This document shows positions 42,611 to 50,815 of a stretch of 64,000 nucleotides of DNA, one piece after another. The notes under the pieces were generated by a model. It searched no databases. It was not told the DNA's origin and worked only from the letters and a program-made list of their open reading frames with translations. Made by a program: the position numbers and the translations under genes. Every line of letters starts with the position of its first letter. Position 1 is the first letter of the stretch. Where the stretch lies: the NCBI GenBank assembly GCA_028277845.1, contig JANQFL010000094.1:26791-90790 (forward strand). The letters run 5' to 3'. The DNA is from Sneathiellales bacterium. Its GTDB lineage: Bacteria; Pseudomonadota; Alphaproteobacteria; JANQFL01.

Positions 42611-43908
42611 CGGAGACCGCCACCCTGCCCCGGCCGGTTCGGCAGTCGGACGCCCTGTTGGCCGAGCGGGAACGCAAAGGCGTGCGCACTCTGACCTTCG
42701 TCCGGGCCGTCGCCCTCGCCATCATCGCCGTCAGCCATTGGGTGGTCGGCGCCAGCGTATTCGAAAAGGTGGCCGCCACGGCCCTGGCCGCCATCGCCGC
42801 CGTCGCCATCGTCGTGTCCGTGGTTCTGCTGGCCCGCAAACGCCATGTCGGCGCCGTCGGTGTCGCCGGCAGCCTCATCGATATCGCCATCCTCGCCGCG
42901 TTGCCGGTCATCTGGTACGTGTCCGTGGGCGGCCAGGCGGTCCCGCCGGCCTATATGCTGAAAACCCAGCTCTCCATCATGTCGCTGACCCTGGTGGCGT
43001 TGAACGCGCTGGCGCTGCGCCCGCTCTATCCCATCCTGGTCGCGGCCGGGGCCGTCGCCGTGCATGGTGCACTGATGGCCTACATCCTGGCCGACGAGCG
43101 TACCGTCGTCGGCGGCTATCTCGACGCCATCATGGGACCGGCCTTGAGCGCCGAATTCACCCTGACCGCCATGATGACGATCGGCCTGGTCGGGCTGATC
43201 ACCGGATACATGGCCTACACCGCCCGCCGCACGGTGGTGCAGGGCGTGCAGCTCGAGGTCTCCAACGCCCGGCTCGGCCGCTACTTCTCACCGGGCGTGG
43301 TCGCCCGCATCGCCGACGAGGGCGGCGGCGTCACGGGTCTGGGCGGCCGCACCCAGGACGTGGCGGTGATGTTCCTCGACATCCGCGGTTTCACGGCGAT
43401 GACCGAGAAACTGGCGCCGTCGGACGCCGTCGCCCTGCTGTCGCAGTACCACGAGCGCATGGTGCAGGAGATCTTCCGCTTCGGCGGCACCATCGACAAG
43501 TTCATCGGCGACGCCATCATGGTCACCTTCGGCACGCCCGACCCGGCAAACGACGATGCCGAACGGGCGGTGCGGGCCGGCCTGGCCATGAACCGGGCGC
43601 TCGCCGACCTCAATGCGGACCGGTCGGCAGCCGGCCAACCGGCGATCCGCCACGGTATCGGCATCCACTACGGGCCGGTCATCGCCGGCAATATCGGCAC
43701 GGAATCCCGGCTGGAATATACCGTCATCGGCGATACCGTGAACGTGGCCAGCCGGGTCGAGGACGCCTGCAAGGCGACCGGCGAGACATTCCTGATCTCG
43801 GACGCGGTCCAGGCCCGGATTCCCGCCGACATCGCCGTGCGCGCCCTGGCCGAACATCAGGTCAAGGGCCGGCAGGCCCCAGTCCGTCTGTTTGCCGTCG
43901 ACGGCTAA
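42607..43908 (+). CDS. Membrane-bound class III adenylate cyclase
   Basis: Several TM helices, then MFLDIRGFT, DKFIGDAIM, YTVIGDTVNVASR; ATGA overlap with TetR. Confidence 0.9.
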   Translation: MTETATLPRPVRQSDALLAERERKGVRTLTFVRAVALAIIAVSHWVVGASVFEKVAATALAAIAAVAIVVSVVLLARKRHVGAVGVAGSLIDIAILAALPVIWYVSVGGQAVPPAYMLKTQLSIMSLTLVALNALALRPLYPILVAAGAVAVHGALMAYILADERTVVGGYLDAIMGPALSAEFTLTAMMTIGLVGLITGYMAYTARRTVVQGVQLEVSNARLGRYFSPGVVARIADEGGGVTGLGGRTQDVAVMFLDIRGFTAMTEKLAPSDAVALLSQYHERMVQEIFRFGGTIDKFIGDAIMVTFGTPDPANDDAERAVRAGLAMNRALADLNADRSAAGQPAIRHGIGIHYGPVIAGNIGTESRLEYTVIGDTVNVASRVEDACKATGETFLISDAVQARIPADIAVRALAEHQVKGRQAPVRLFAVDG

Positions 43909-44015
43909 GGATTTCGGCCTGACGCCGGCGCCGGCCGCCGCCCGACCAAATCCGGCTGCTTGCCGACGATGTTTAGAACCGAGGCTTTGAAACCCACGCG
44001 AAAGAAGAGCTGCCG

Positions 44016-44774
44016 TTATATTAGTTTGTGTTCTTCCCGAAAGCGGTCGAACCATTGACGACTGGTGCCGTCCGCCATTTTTGCGACATCAGGTTTCACG
44101 CCATAGGCGGCTTCGCGATCCAGCCCAAGGAAATCCAGTACCGTGCCCAATGTCTTCTCAGGAGCGTCAGATAGCGCTTCGTAGGTAATGCGAAGTGGCT
44201 CGATCTGTTCGCGATCGAACCATGTATTCCAATCTCGATCGTAGGCCAGGAACCGCTCAAGTTGGTCATTTATCCTGTCCGCGTCATATGTCGGTGCCCG
44301 GGGGGAAGCCAGCCGTTCCAACTCCGTCCCGTCCGATGACACATGCCACAGCCCGGATTGGTCCGCTTTCACATACGAAATCGCTTGTTCCAGCTTGTCA
44401 CGCCGCGTCAAATGAATGAACGATACTCTTCCGAACACTGCGGCGAGACGCTGGGAATCTCTTGAAAGCGACGGCTGCAGGACAGCCAGTTTCTCGAGGA
44501 AAAAGTCGAAGCTGTGCCTTTGCAGTCTAAGGCCAAAGATACCGGTGTTTCCGCTCCCCTCGGCGATTGCCGCCCGGAAGACTCCATCCAGAAGCTCCCG
44601 TTCCGATCCCGTGGACGTGATCGGCAGGTCATAATAGCCGAGCCACGACTTCAACGACGGTTCATGAAAATACGAACCTGGATGTCCCGCCACACCCGTC
44701 TGAGAAAGCAGCCGGCACAGCAGCGTGCTGCCGCTGCGCGGTGACGTGCAAATGATATAAGAGTCGACGGCCAT
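44016..44774 (-). CDS. Stf0/LpsS family sulfotransferase
   Basis: PAPS loop SPRSGSTLL, HLTRRDKLEQAIS..KA.Q.G.W, ITYEAL. Confidence 0.85.
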   Translation of the reverse strand: MAVDSYIICTSPRSGSTLLCRLLSQTGVAGHPGSYFHEPSLKSWLGYYDLPITSTGSERELLDGVFRAAIAEGSGNTGIFGLRLQRHSFDFFLEKLAVLQPSLSRDSQRLAAVFGRVSFIHLTRRDKLEQAISYVKADQSGLWHVSSDGTELERLASPRAPTYDADRINDQLERFLAYDRDWNTWFDREQIEPLRITYEALSDAPEKTLGTVLDFLGLDREAAYGVKPDVAKMADGTSRQWFDRFREEHKLI

Positions 44775-44871
44775 AAGGGGTAGGGTACAGCAATCGAAAC
44801 AGCACCGCGATGCGTTCCGAAACCGACGACTTCAACTCATTGAGCATGTCCTGATTTGCGGGACATACGAA

Positions 44872-45144
44872 CTAATCCACGTTTGCATTGTCCGGGTGCG
44901 TGTCGACGAAGTGTCTCAGGGTCATCTTCAGGCACAATACGCGCTCGATGTCCTTGCGCCGTTTCGCGTCGGCAATGTCGTCCAGGATCATGCGCTTGAT
45001 CATGCGCACGCCGTCGTCGGTGTGCACCAGATATTCGCCCAGTTCCAGCGCCGCCATCTCGGGGATGTGTTCGTGTTGCGCGATGGCGTCGATTTCGTCT
45101 TGGGTCAGTTCACACAGGCCGAGGCAGTCTTCGAACGTCAACAT
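44872..45144 (-). CDS. Hypothetical protein (90 aa)
   Basis: MLTFEDCLGLCELT.DEIDAIAQHEHIPE; host-like codon usage. Confidence 0.75.
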   Translation of the reverse strand: MLTFEDCLGLCELTQDEIDAIAQHEHIPEMAALELGEYLVHTDDGVRMIKRMILDDIADAKRRKDIERVLCLKMTLRHFVDTHPDNANVD

Positions 45145-45236
45145 CGTGTCACCGCCTTTCCGCTCGTTTTCCTCCTGTCATCAGGCTGCCACGGAACGGT
45201 AACGTTTGCATTGACGGGGCTCAACGGCGGCGCCGA

Positions 45237-46097
45237 CTACAACCAGTCCTCGCGCCACGTGTCGTAGTCGGCCTGACAGGTGATGGCCTGCATCAACTCG
45301 GCCGATGCCTTGCCCGCGATGTCTTCCGGCTCGACGCCGTCGCGCAGCGCTTTCATGGTGGCGTAGACCGCCTGCACCGCCGCCGGGAAGGTCTGGTGGC
45401 CGCGCAGCAGGAAGCGGACGCCGTGGCCGGCGAGCCAGGCCGGGTCGCGCAGGTCCTTCGACCCGCCGCCCAGCAGCAGCGGCACGTTGACGTCCGCCGC
45501 GATGGTTTCAAGATCATCGCGGGATCGCACGCCGACCAGGAACAGGGCGTCGACGCCGGCGGCTTCGTAGGCCTTGCAGCGGGCGACGGCGTCTTCGACC
45601 GACGTCAGATGCGCGGCGGAGGTGCGGCCGGCGATGACCATGTCCGCGTCGCGCCGCGCGGCCAGGGCCGCCTTCATCTTGCCCACCCCTTCCTCGATGC
45701 CGAGCAGCCGCGCCTGGCCGCCCGAGCCGTAGGGCTGCGGCAGGTCGGTGTCCTCGATGGTCAGGCCGGCGATACCGGCGGCTTCCAGTTCCTCCACCGT
45801 GCGCATGACGTTCAGCGCGTTGCCGTAGCCGTGATCGGCATCGGCGAACAGCGGCAGCTCGGACGCCCGGCCCATGCGCATGGCCTGGTCGGCGAATTCG
45901 GACAGGGTCAGCACGATCAAGTCCGGCGCCGCCAATACGGCCAGCGAGGCCAGAGAACCGGCATACATGCCCATCTCGTAGCCCAAATGCTCGGCGATGC
46001 GCACCGAGGCCGGATCGTAGACCGAGGCCGGGTAGACACAGTGCTCGGTGCTGAGGATTTCACGGAAACGGCGGCGGCGGTCGGTCCAGCGCGGCAT
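45237..46097 (-). CDS. Isocitrate lyase/PEP mutase family protein (oxaloacetate decarboxylase-like)
   Basis: SVYDP, APDL, DADHGYGNALNV, IEDT. Confidence 0.88.
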   Translation of the reverse strand: MPRWTDRRRRFREILSTEHCVYPASVYDPASVRIAEHLGYEMGMYAGSLASLAVLAAPDLIVLTLSEFADQAMRMGRASELPLFADADHGYGNALNVMRTVEELEAAGIAGLTIEDTDLPQPYGSGGQARLLGIEEGVGKMKAALAARRDADMVIAGRTSAAHLTSVEDAVARCKAYEAAGVDALFLVGVRSRDDLETIAADVNVPLLLGGGSKDLRDPAWLAGHGVRFLLRGHQTFPAAVQAVYATMKALRDGVEPEDIAGKASAELMQAITCQADYDTWREDWL

Positions 46098-46172
46098 GGC
46101 GGGCTCCCTGCGAATCTGTTTTGCAGAGACTAGCGTTTCCGGCGCGCCGATGCCACGGATGGCGCGGGCCGG

Positions 46173-46619
46173 TCAGCCGCCGGACACCATCTCCGTGTAG
46201 CGCCGCTGCATTTCCTCCGTCGTCACGTCTTCGATGGAATGGCCGATCAGCCAGTCATAGCCGAACGGGTCGCGGATGGTGCCCGACCTTTCGCCGTAGA
46301 AATGATCCTGTGGCGGGCGGACGAGCTTGGCACCCGCCGCCACCGCTTTGTCGAGCAGGGCGTCGGCATCGTCCACGTGCAGATGGATGACGAAGGTGCC
46401 GGGGCCGTCCGGCGCCGGTGCGTGGATATCGTATTCGGGAAATTCGTTGCTGACCATCAGCGTGGTACCGGCGAGGGACAATTCGGCATGGCCGATGCGG
46501 CCGCCCGGTTCGACCAGACGGAAGGATTCCTCGGCGCCGAACACGTCCTTGTAATAGGCGATGGCGGCCTCGGCGTCCTTGAAGCGCAGATAGACGAACA
46601 GTTCGTGGATCGACATCAC
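46173..46619 (-). CDS. VOC/PhnB-like glyoxalase family protein
   Basis: AAIAYYKDVFGA, IGHAEL, FYGERSG..RDPFG..W. Confidence 0.88.
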   Translation of the reverse strand: MMSIHELFVYLRFKDAEAAIAYYKDVFGAEESFRLVEPGGRIGHAELSLAGTTLMVSNEFPEYDIHAPAPDGPGTFVIHLHVDDADALLDKAVAAGAKLVRPPQDHFYGERSGTIRDPFGYDWLIGHSIEDVTTEEMQRRYTEMVSGG

Positions 46620-46691
46620 ACATCCTCGTTTAGTTTCGATGGACCGCCAGCCTGCCCGCGATGGCCCACGCGGGTCTTGATGAAATTTGAC

Positions 46692-47528
46692 CTAAATCGC
46701 GCGGCGGCGGTCAACACTTATCGGAATATGGCGCGGCGCGGACGGAGACACGCGCCGGTACTGACCCGGCGTTACCCCGGCGAAGGCGCGGAATTCCCGG
46801 CTCAGATGGGCCTGGTCGGCATAACCTTCCGCCGCCGCGATATCCGCCCACGGGTTTTCCGGCGTTGCCTGGAACCGCTCCAGCACCCGGCCGAAACGGC
46901 GCAACCGGCAATAGGTCTTGGGTGTCAGGCCGGCGGCCTGTTCAAACGTACGCACCACATGGCGATGGCTGTAGCCGCTGTCCGCCACCACGGCACCGAC
47001 AGCGTCCCCCGCATCGAACCGGGCCAATGCCCGGGCGATCAGAGGGCTGACGCTAAGCTCCTCCCGCACCCGCGCTGCCAGGAAATCCTCTGTGATGGCC
47101 ATCCGTTCGCGGCATGACGGTGCCGACAAAAGCCGCCCGCGCAGTTCGGCCAAGTCGGTCGGGAGCCAGACATCCTCGAGAGGGGTGTGAGCACCCGCCA
47201 GGACAGCGGCGGGTGTGCCGGTCAACGGCTCGGCCGCCCCGGAGCGCAACATGACGCCGACCATCGGTTCGGGCGCGGAGAGAGCCTTCACATACGGCGC
47301 GGCACGGACACCGCCGATGATGGACATGCCCACCGTGGAGCCCACGGCGTCGCCGGCACCGGCAAACAGGCGCAACGGCGTGCCGCCGAGGCGGAACACC
47401 AAATGCATGGCGCCGGTGGGCAGGACCAGTTCACGCGCCGCCTGCTGGGCGTGACCGGTCCCGCCGCCTGCCCAGATCAGCGACACGAACGGCCGTAGTA
47501 TAGGTTTGGATGGGCGCCGCAGCATCAT
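46692..47528 (-). CDS. AraC family transcriptional regulator (DUF6597-type N-terminus)
   Basis: LRPFV..IW, VLPTG, GYADQAHLSREFRAFAGVTP. Confidence 0.88.
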   Translation of the reverse strand: MMLRRPSKPILRPFVSLIWAGGGTGHAQQAARELVLPTGAMHLVFRLGGTPLRLFAGAGDAVGSTVGMSIIGGVRAAPYVKALSAPEPMVGVMLRSGAAEPLTGTPAAVLAGAHTPLEDVWLPTDLAELRGRLLSAPSCRERMAITEDFLAARVREELSVSPLIARALARFDAGDAVGAVVADSGYSHRHVVRTFEQAAGLTPKTYCRLRRFGRVLERFQATPENPWADIAAAEGYADQAHLSREFRAFAGVTPGQYRRVSPSAPRHIPISVDRRRAI

Positions 47529-47627
47529 GCCCGGAACCTTCCGGCGTTGAACACCCGAGAAGCGTACAGGCAAAACCTCGACGTTTGAATGCGGATCCGA
47601 CCGGGGGTTCGGGGCGATGTCCGCCGC

Positions 47628-47855
47628 TCAGCGCCCCGACCAGGTGGTCCAAAGATTCACCGCCGTGGAGCCCGCATCGTTGGCCGGCGCTATGTCGAAG
47701 CCGACGCGCTGGCGTTCGGCCAGTTGGCCGAGGCCCGCGGCGGCGACCGCCGCCGGGGTGACGGGGATCGGCGCGGCGCCGCTGTCGGGCGCAATCAAAC
47801 CACGTCCGGTATCGGGGCTGTACGATACGACCGTACCGAAATTCATGACCGGCAT
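47628..47855 (-). CDS. Degenerate cold-shock-domain-like protein
   Basis: GTVVSYSPDTGRGLIAPDSG...L.ERQRVGFDI...AVNL matches the CSD layout; AGGA RBS. Confidence 0.7.
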   Translation of the reverse strand: MPVMNFGTVVSYSPDTGRGLIAPDSGAAPIPVTPAAVAAAGLGQLAERQRVGFDIAPANDAGSTAVNLWTTWSGR

Positions 47856-48040
47856 TCCTTTTCCTGCAATCCTTGCTGACCGCTTCCCGCCGGGCCCTTG
47901 AGGCCGGCCGGACCGGATGACCATGACCGAAAAATGTGACCGGCCGGTGACGGAGGCGAAAAATCCTCAATCCGGTTGACGCAGGTCCGGAATCGGCGTT
48001 AGTTCGGGCCGAAACTCCCACCTGAACCGAGGCCAAGTCC

Positions 48041-49330
48041 GTGACCGTCCAAGCCTATGCCGATATGGATGCCGCCGCCCTCAGTGCCGCGGCGGAGACC
48101 CTCAGCGAACGCCACCGCGAGCTGGCCAAACGCAACACCCAGATCGACATGACCCGGGGCAAGCCGGCGCCCGAACAGCTCGACCTGAGCAACGCTATCC
48201 TCACCATCGTCGGGCCCGACGACGTGTTCGGCGACGACGGCACCGATTACCGCAATTACGGTCTGGGTACGGGCACCCCCGAGGCCAAAAAGTTCTTCGC
48301 CGAATACATGGAGGTGACGCCGAAGGAGATCATCGTCGGCGGTAATTCCAGCCTCAACCTGATGTACGACACCCTGGCCGGCGCCGTGCTCTACGGCATG
48401 CCCGGCGGCAGCGAGCCGTGGGGCAAGGTGCCGGGCGGCGCCAAGGTGCTGTGCCCGGTACCGGGCTACGACCGCCATTTTGCCGTGTGCGAAACCCTGG
48501 GCATCGAAATGATCACCGTCGATCTGGACGACGACGGCCCCGACATGGACCGGGTCGAGGATTTGGCGGCCAACGACGCCGCCATCAAGGGGATCTGGTG
48601 CGTGCCGAAATATTCCAACCCCACCGGCATCACCTACTCGGACGCGGTTGTCGACCGGCTCGCCGGCATGAAAACCGCGGCGGCCGATTTCCGCATCCTG
48701 TGGGACAACGCCTACGCGGTGCATCACCTGGGCGGCGGCGTTGCCACGGTGAAGAATATCCTGGCGGCGTGCCGCGCCGCCGGCAACGAGGACCGGGCGC
48801 TGATGTTCGGCTCCACGTCCAAAATCACCCACGCCGGGTCGGGCATCGCCGTCCTGGCGGCGTCGGAGAGCAACATCGCCGATGCGTCGAAAAAGATGGG
48901 CGTGGCCACCATCGGGCCGGACAAGATCAACCAGGCGCGGCATGTGAAATTTTTCGGCGACCTGGACGGCCTGCGCGCCCACATGGACCGGCACGCCGCG
49001 ATCATCGCGCCCAAGTTCGCCGCCGTGCTGGATGCCCTGGAAAACCACCTGGGCGGCAAGGGCCTGGCGACGTGGAGCAAACCGCAGGGCGGTTACTTCG
49101 TCAGCGTCGACGTGCCGGACGGCTGCGCCAAGCGCGTGGTCGCATTGGCCGCCGAAGCGGGCGTCAAGATGACCGGCGCCGGCGCCACGTTCCCGTACGG
49201 CAAGGACCCGCGCGACCGCAATCTGCGCATCGCCCCGACCATGCCGTCACCGGACGACATCGCCAAGGCCATGGACGTGATCTGCGCGAGTATCGAGCTG
49301 GCGGCGGTGGAGAAGCTGCGGGCGGGTTAA
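48041..49330 (+). CDS. PLP-dependent aminotransferase (Rv3722c/AspT-like aspartate aminotransferase family)
   Basis: DMTRGKP, CPVPGYDRHF, VPKYSNPTG, WDNAY, STSKIT, LRIAPT. Confidence 0.88.
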   Translation: MTVQAYADMDAAALSAAAETLSERHRELAKRNTQIDMTRGKPAPEQLDLSNAILTIVGPDDVFGDDGTDYRNYGLGTGTPEAKKFFAEYMEVTPKEIIVGGNSSLNLMYDTLAGAVLYGMPGGSEPWGKVPGGAKVLCPVPGYDRHFAVCETLGIEMITVDLDDDGPDMDRVEDLAANDAAIKGIWCVPKYSNPTGITYSDAVVDRLAGMKTAAADFRILWDNAYAVHHLGGGVATVKNILAACRAAGNEDRALMFGSTSKITHAGSGIAVLAASESNIADASKKMGVATIGPDKINQARHVKFFGDLDGLRAHMDRHAAIIAPKFAAVLDALENHLGGKGLATWSKPQGGYFVSVDVPDGCAKRVVALAAEAGVKMTGAGATFPYGKDPRDRNLRIAPTMPSPDDIAKAMDVICASIELAAVEKLRAG

Positions 49331-49704
49331 GCCTCGAGGCGTCCCCGCCATGCCAGCAAAAAGGCGCCGCCGAACGCCACTTCGATGACGACGGCGAACC
49401 AGATGCCGGGCCCCGCGTGGCCACGGACAAACTCGAATACGCCCATGCAGGCCAATCCCGCCATCGCCACGGCCATGCCGGCGCTCACGGCCCGGCGGGC
49501 CTCCGACGGTGGCGCGGTGCGAATCAACAGATTGACGGTACCGAGGCCGAGAAACAGCATCGCCGCCCGTTTCGCCAACAGGTCCGAGGTGTCCGTTTGC
49601 ACCATCGCAAACAGCCGGTAGACGATTTCCGGAAGAAACAGCAGACAGGCGGACAGCAGAAAGCACAGCACGGCAGCGGCCGTGCTCAAGCTACGGAACG
49701 ACAT
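49327..49704 (-). CDS. Small membrane protein of unknown function
   Basis: Four hydrophobic segments; start at ATG 49704. Confidence 0.7.
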   Translation of the reverse strand: MSFRSLSTAAAVLCFLLSACLLFLPEIVYRLFAMVQTDTSDLLAKRAAMLFLGLGTVNLLIRTAPPSEARRAVSAGMAVAMAGLACMGVFEFVRGHAGPGIWFAVVIEVAFGGAFLLAWRGRLEA

Positions 49705-49799
49705 GATCGGACCTTTTTTTCGTCGAACGCCATACGCTATCGCACCGCCGGCAGTCCCGCCATGTGGCGAAGTGGCGCGAGCCGCAAGGAGCGGGCTCC

Positions 49800-50552
49800 T
49801 CAAGCGATCAGCAGCCCGCCGTTCACCGGCAGCACGGCGCCGGTCATGTAGGACGAGAGGTCGGAGGCCAGGAACAGGCAGACATTAGCGACGTCGTCCG
49901 AGGTGCCCAGGCGCCCCATGGGCACCGTCGCGGCGATGGCGTCCTTGTCTGCGCGGGTCATGGCGCCCCTGGTGAAGTCGTTGTCGATGACGCCGGGCGC
50001 GACGGCGTTGGCGCGGATGCCGTCCGGCGCCAGTTCGCGGGCCAGGGCCCTGGCCAGGCCAAAGAGGCCCGACTTGGCGGCGGCGTAGTGGGAGCGGCCG
50101 AACAACCCGCCGCCGGCCTGGCCGGCGATGGACGACATGAGGACGATCGACCCGTTGCCCGCCGTCTTCATGTGCGGGATAACCGCCTGGGCCATGTTGA
50201 AGTTGCCCCGCAGGTTGACGTCGAGCACCTCGTCGTACTCGTCCCGGCCGATGTCCAGCACCGGCGTGCCGTGGACCACGCCGGCATTGCCGACGAGGAT
50301 ATCGGGAGCCCCAAACGCCGCGGCGGCGTGGTCGACGGCGGCAAGGCACGCCGCCTTGTCCCGCACGTCGCAGGCGATCCCCAGGCTATCGCCATCCAAA
50401 TCGGCGGCCGCCGAAGCGGAATCGGTCTCCGGCAAATCGAGCACGGCGACACGGGCGCCATGACGGACGAACAGCCGCGCCGTCGCGAACCCGATACCGG
50501 AACGGGTGCCGCCGCCCGTGATCACCGCGCTGCGGCCCTCGAGTAGTGCCAT
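49800..50552 (-). CDS. SDR family oxidoreductase
   Basis: TGG...GIG, GNAG, YAAAK, VNGG; start at ATG 50552. Confidence 0.9.
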   Translation of the reverse strand: MALLEGRSAVITGGGTRSGIGFATARLFVRHGARVAVLDLPETDSASAAADLDGDSLGIACDVRDKAACLAAVDHAAAAFGAPDILVGNAGVVHGTPVLDIGRDEYDEVLDVNLRGNFNMAQAVIPHMKTAGNGSIVLMSSIAGQAGGGLFGRSHYAAAKSGLFGLARALARELAPDGIRANAVAPGVIDNDFTRGAMTRADKDAIAATVPMGRLGTSDDVANVCLFLASDLSSYMTGAVLPVNGGLLIA

Positions 50553-50815
50553 GGATGCATTCTCCCGCTGTCCATCCCCAGGCAGGCGCAATGCCACCGC
50601 CCCCATCGACTTTCCCCGGCATTCAGGGCCTTTGTTGCGCGATCTGTCACGAAAAATCTTCGTATTAACCCTAATTGTTGGTTACCACGCCATTTGGTAA
50701 TGCTAATCTGTTGATATTCAACGTTAGGTGGGCAAGCGCTCACTGACGAAAATGTCCGGATACCTGGTCGTGGGTAGGTCAAAACCGGCGTAGTTTATGG
50801 GGGTAGGAGATCTCG

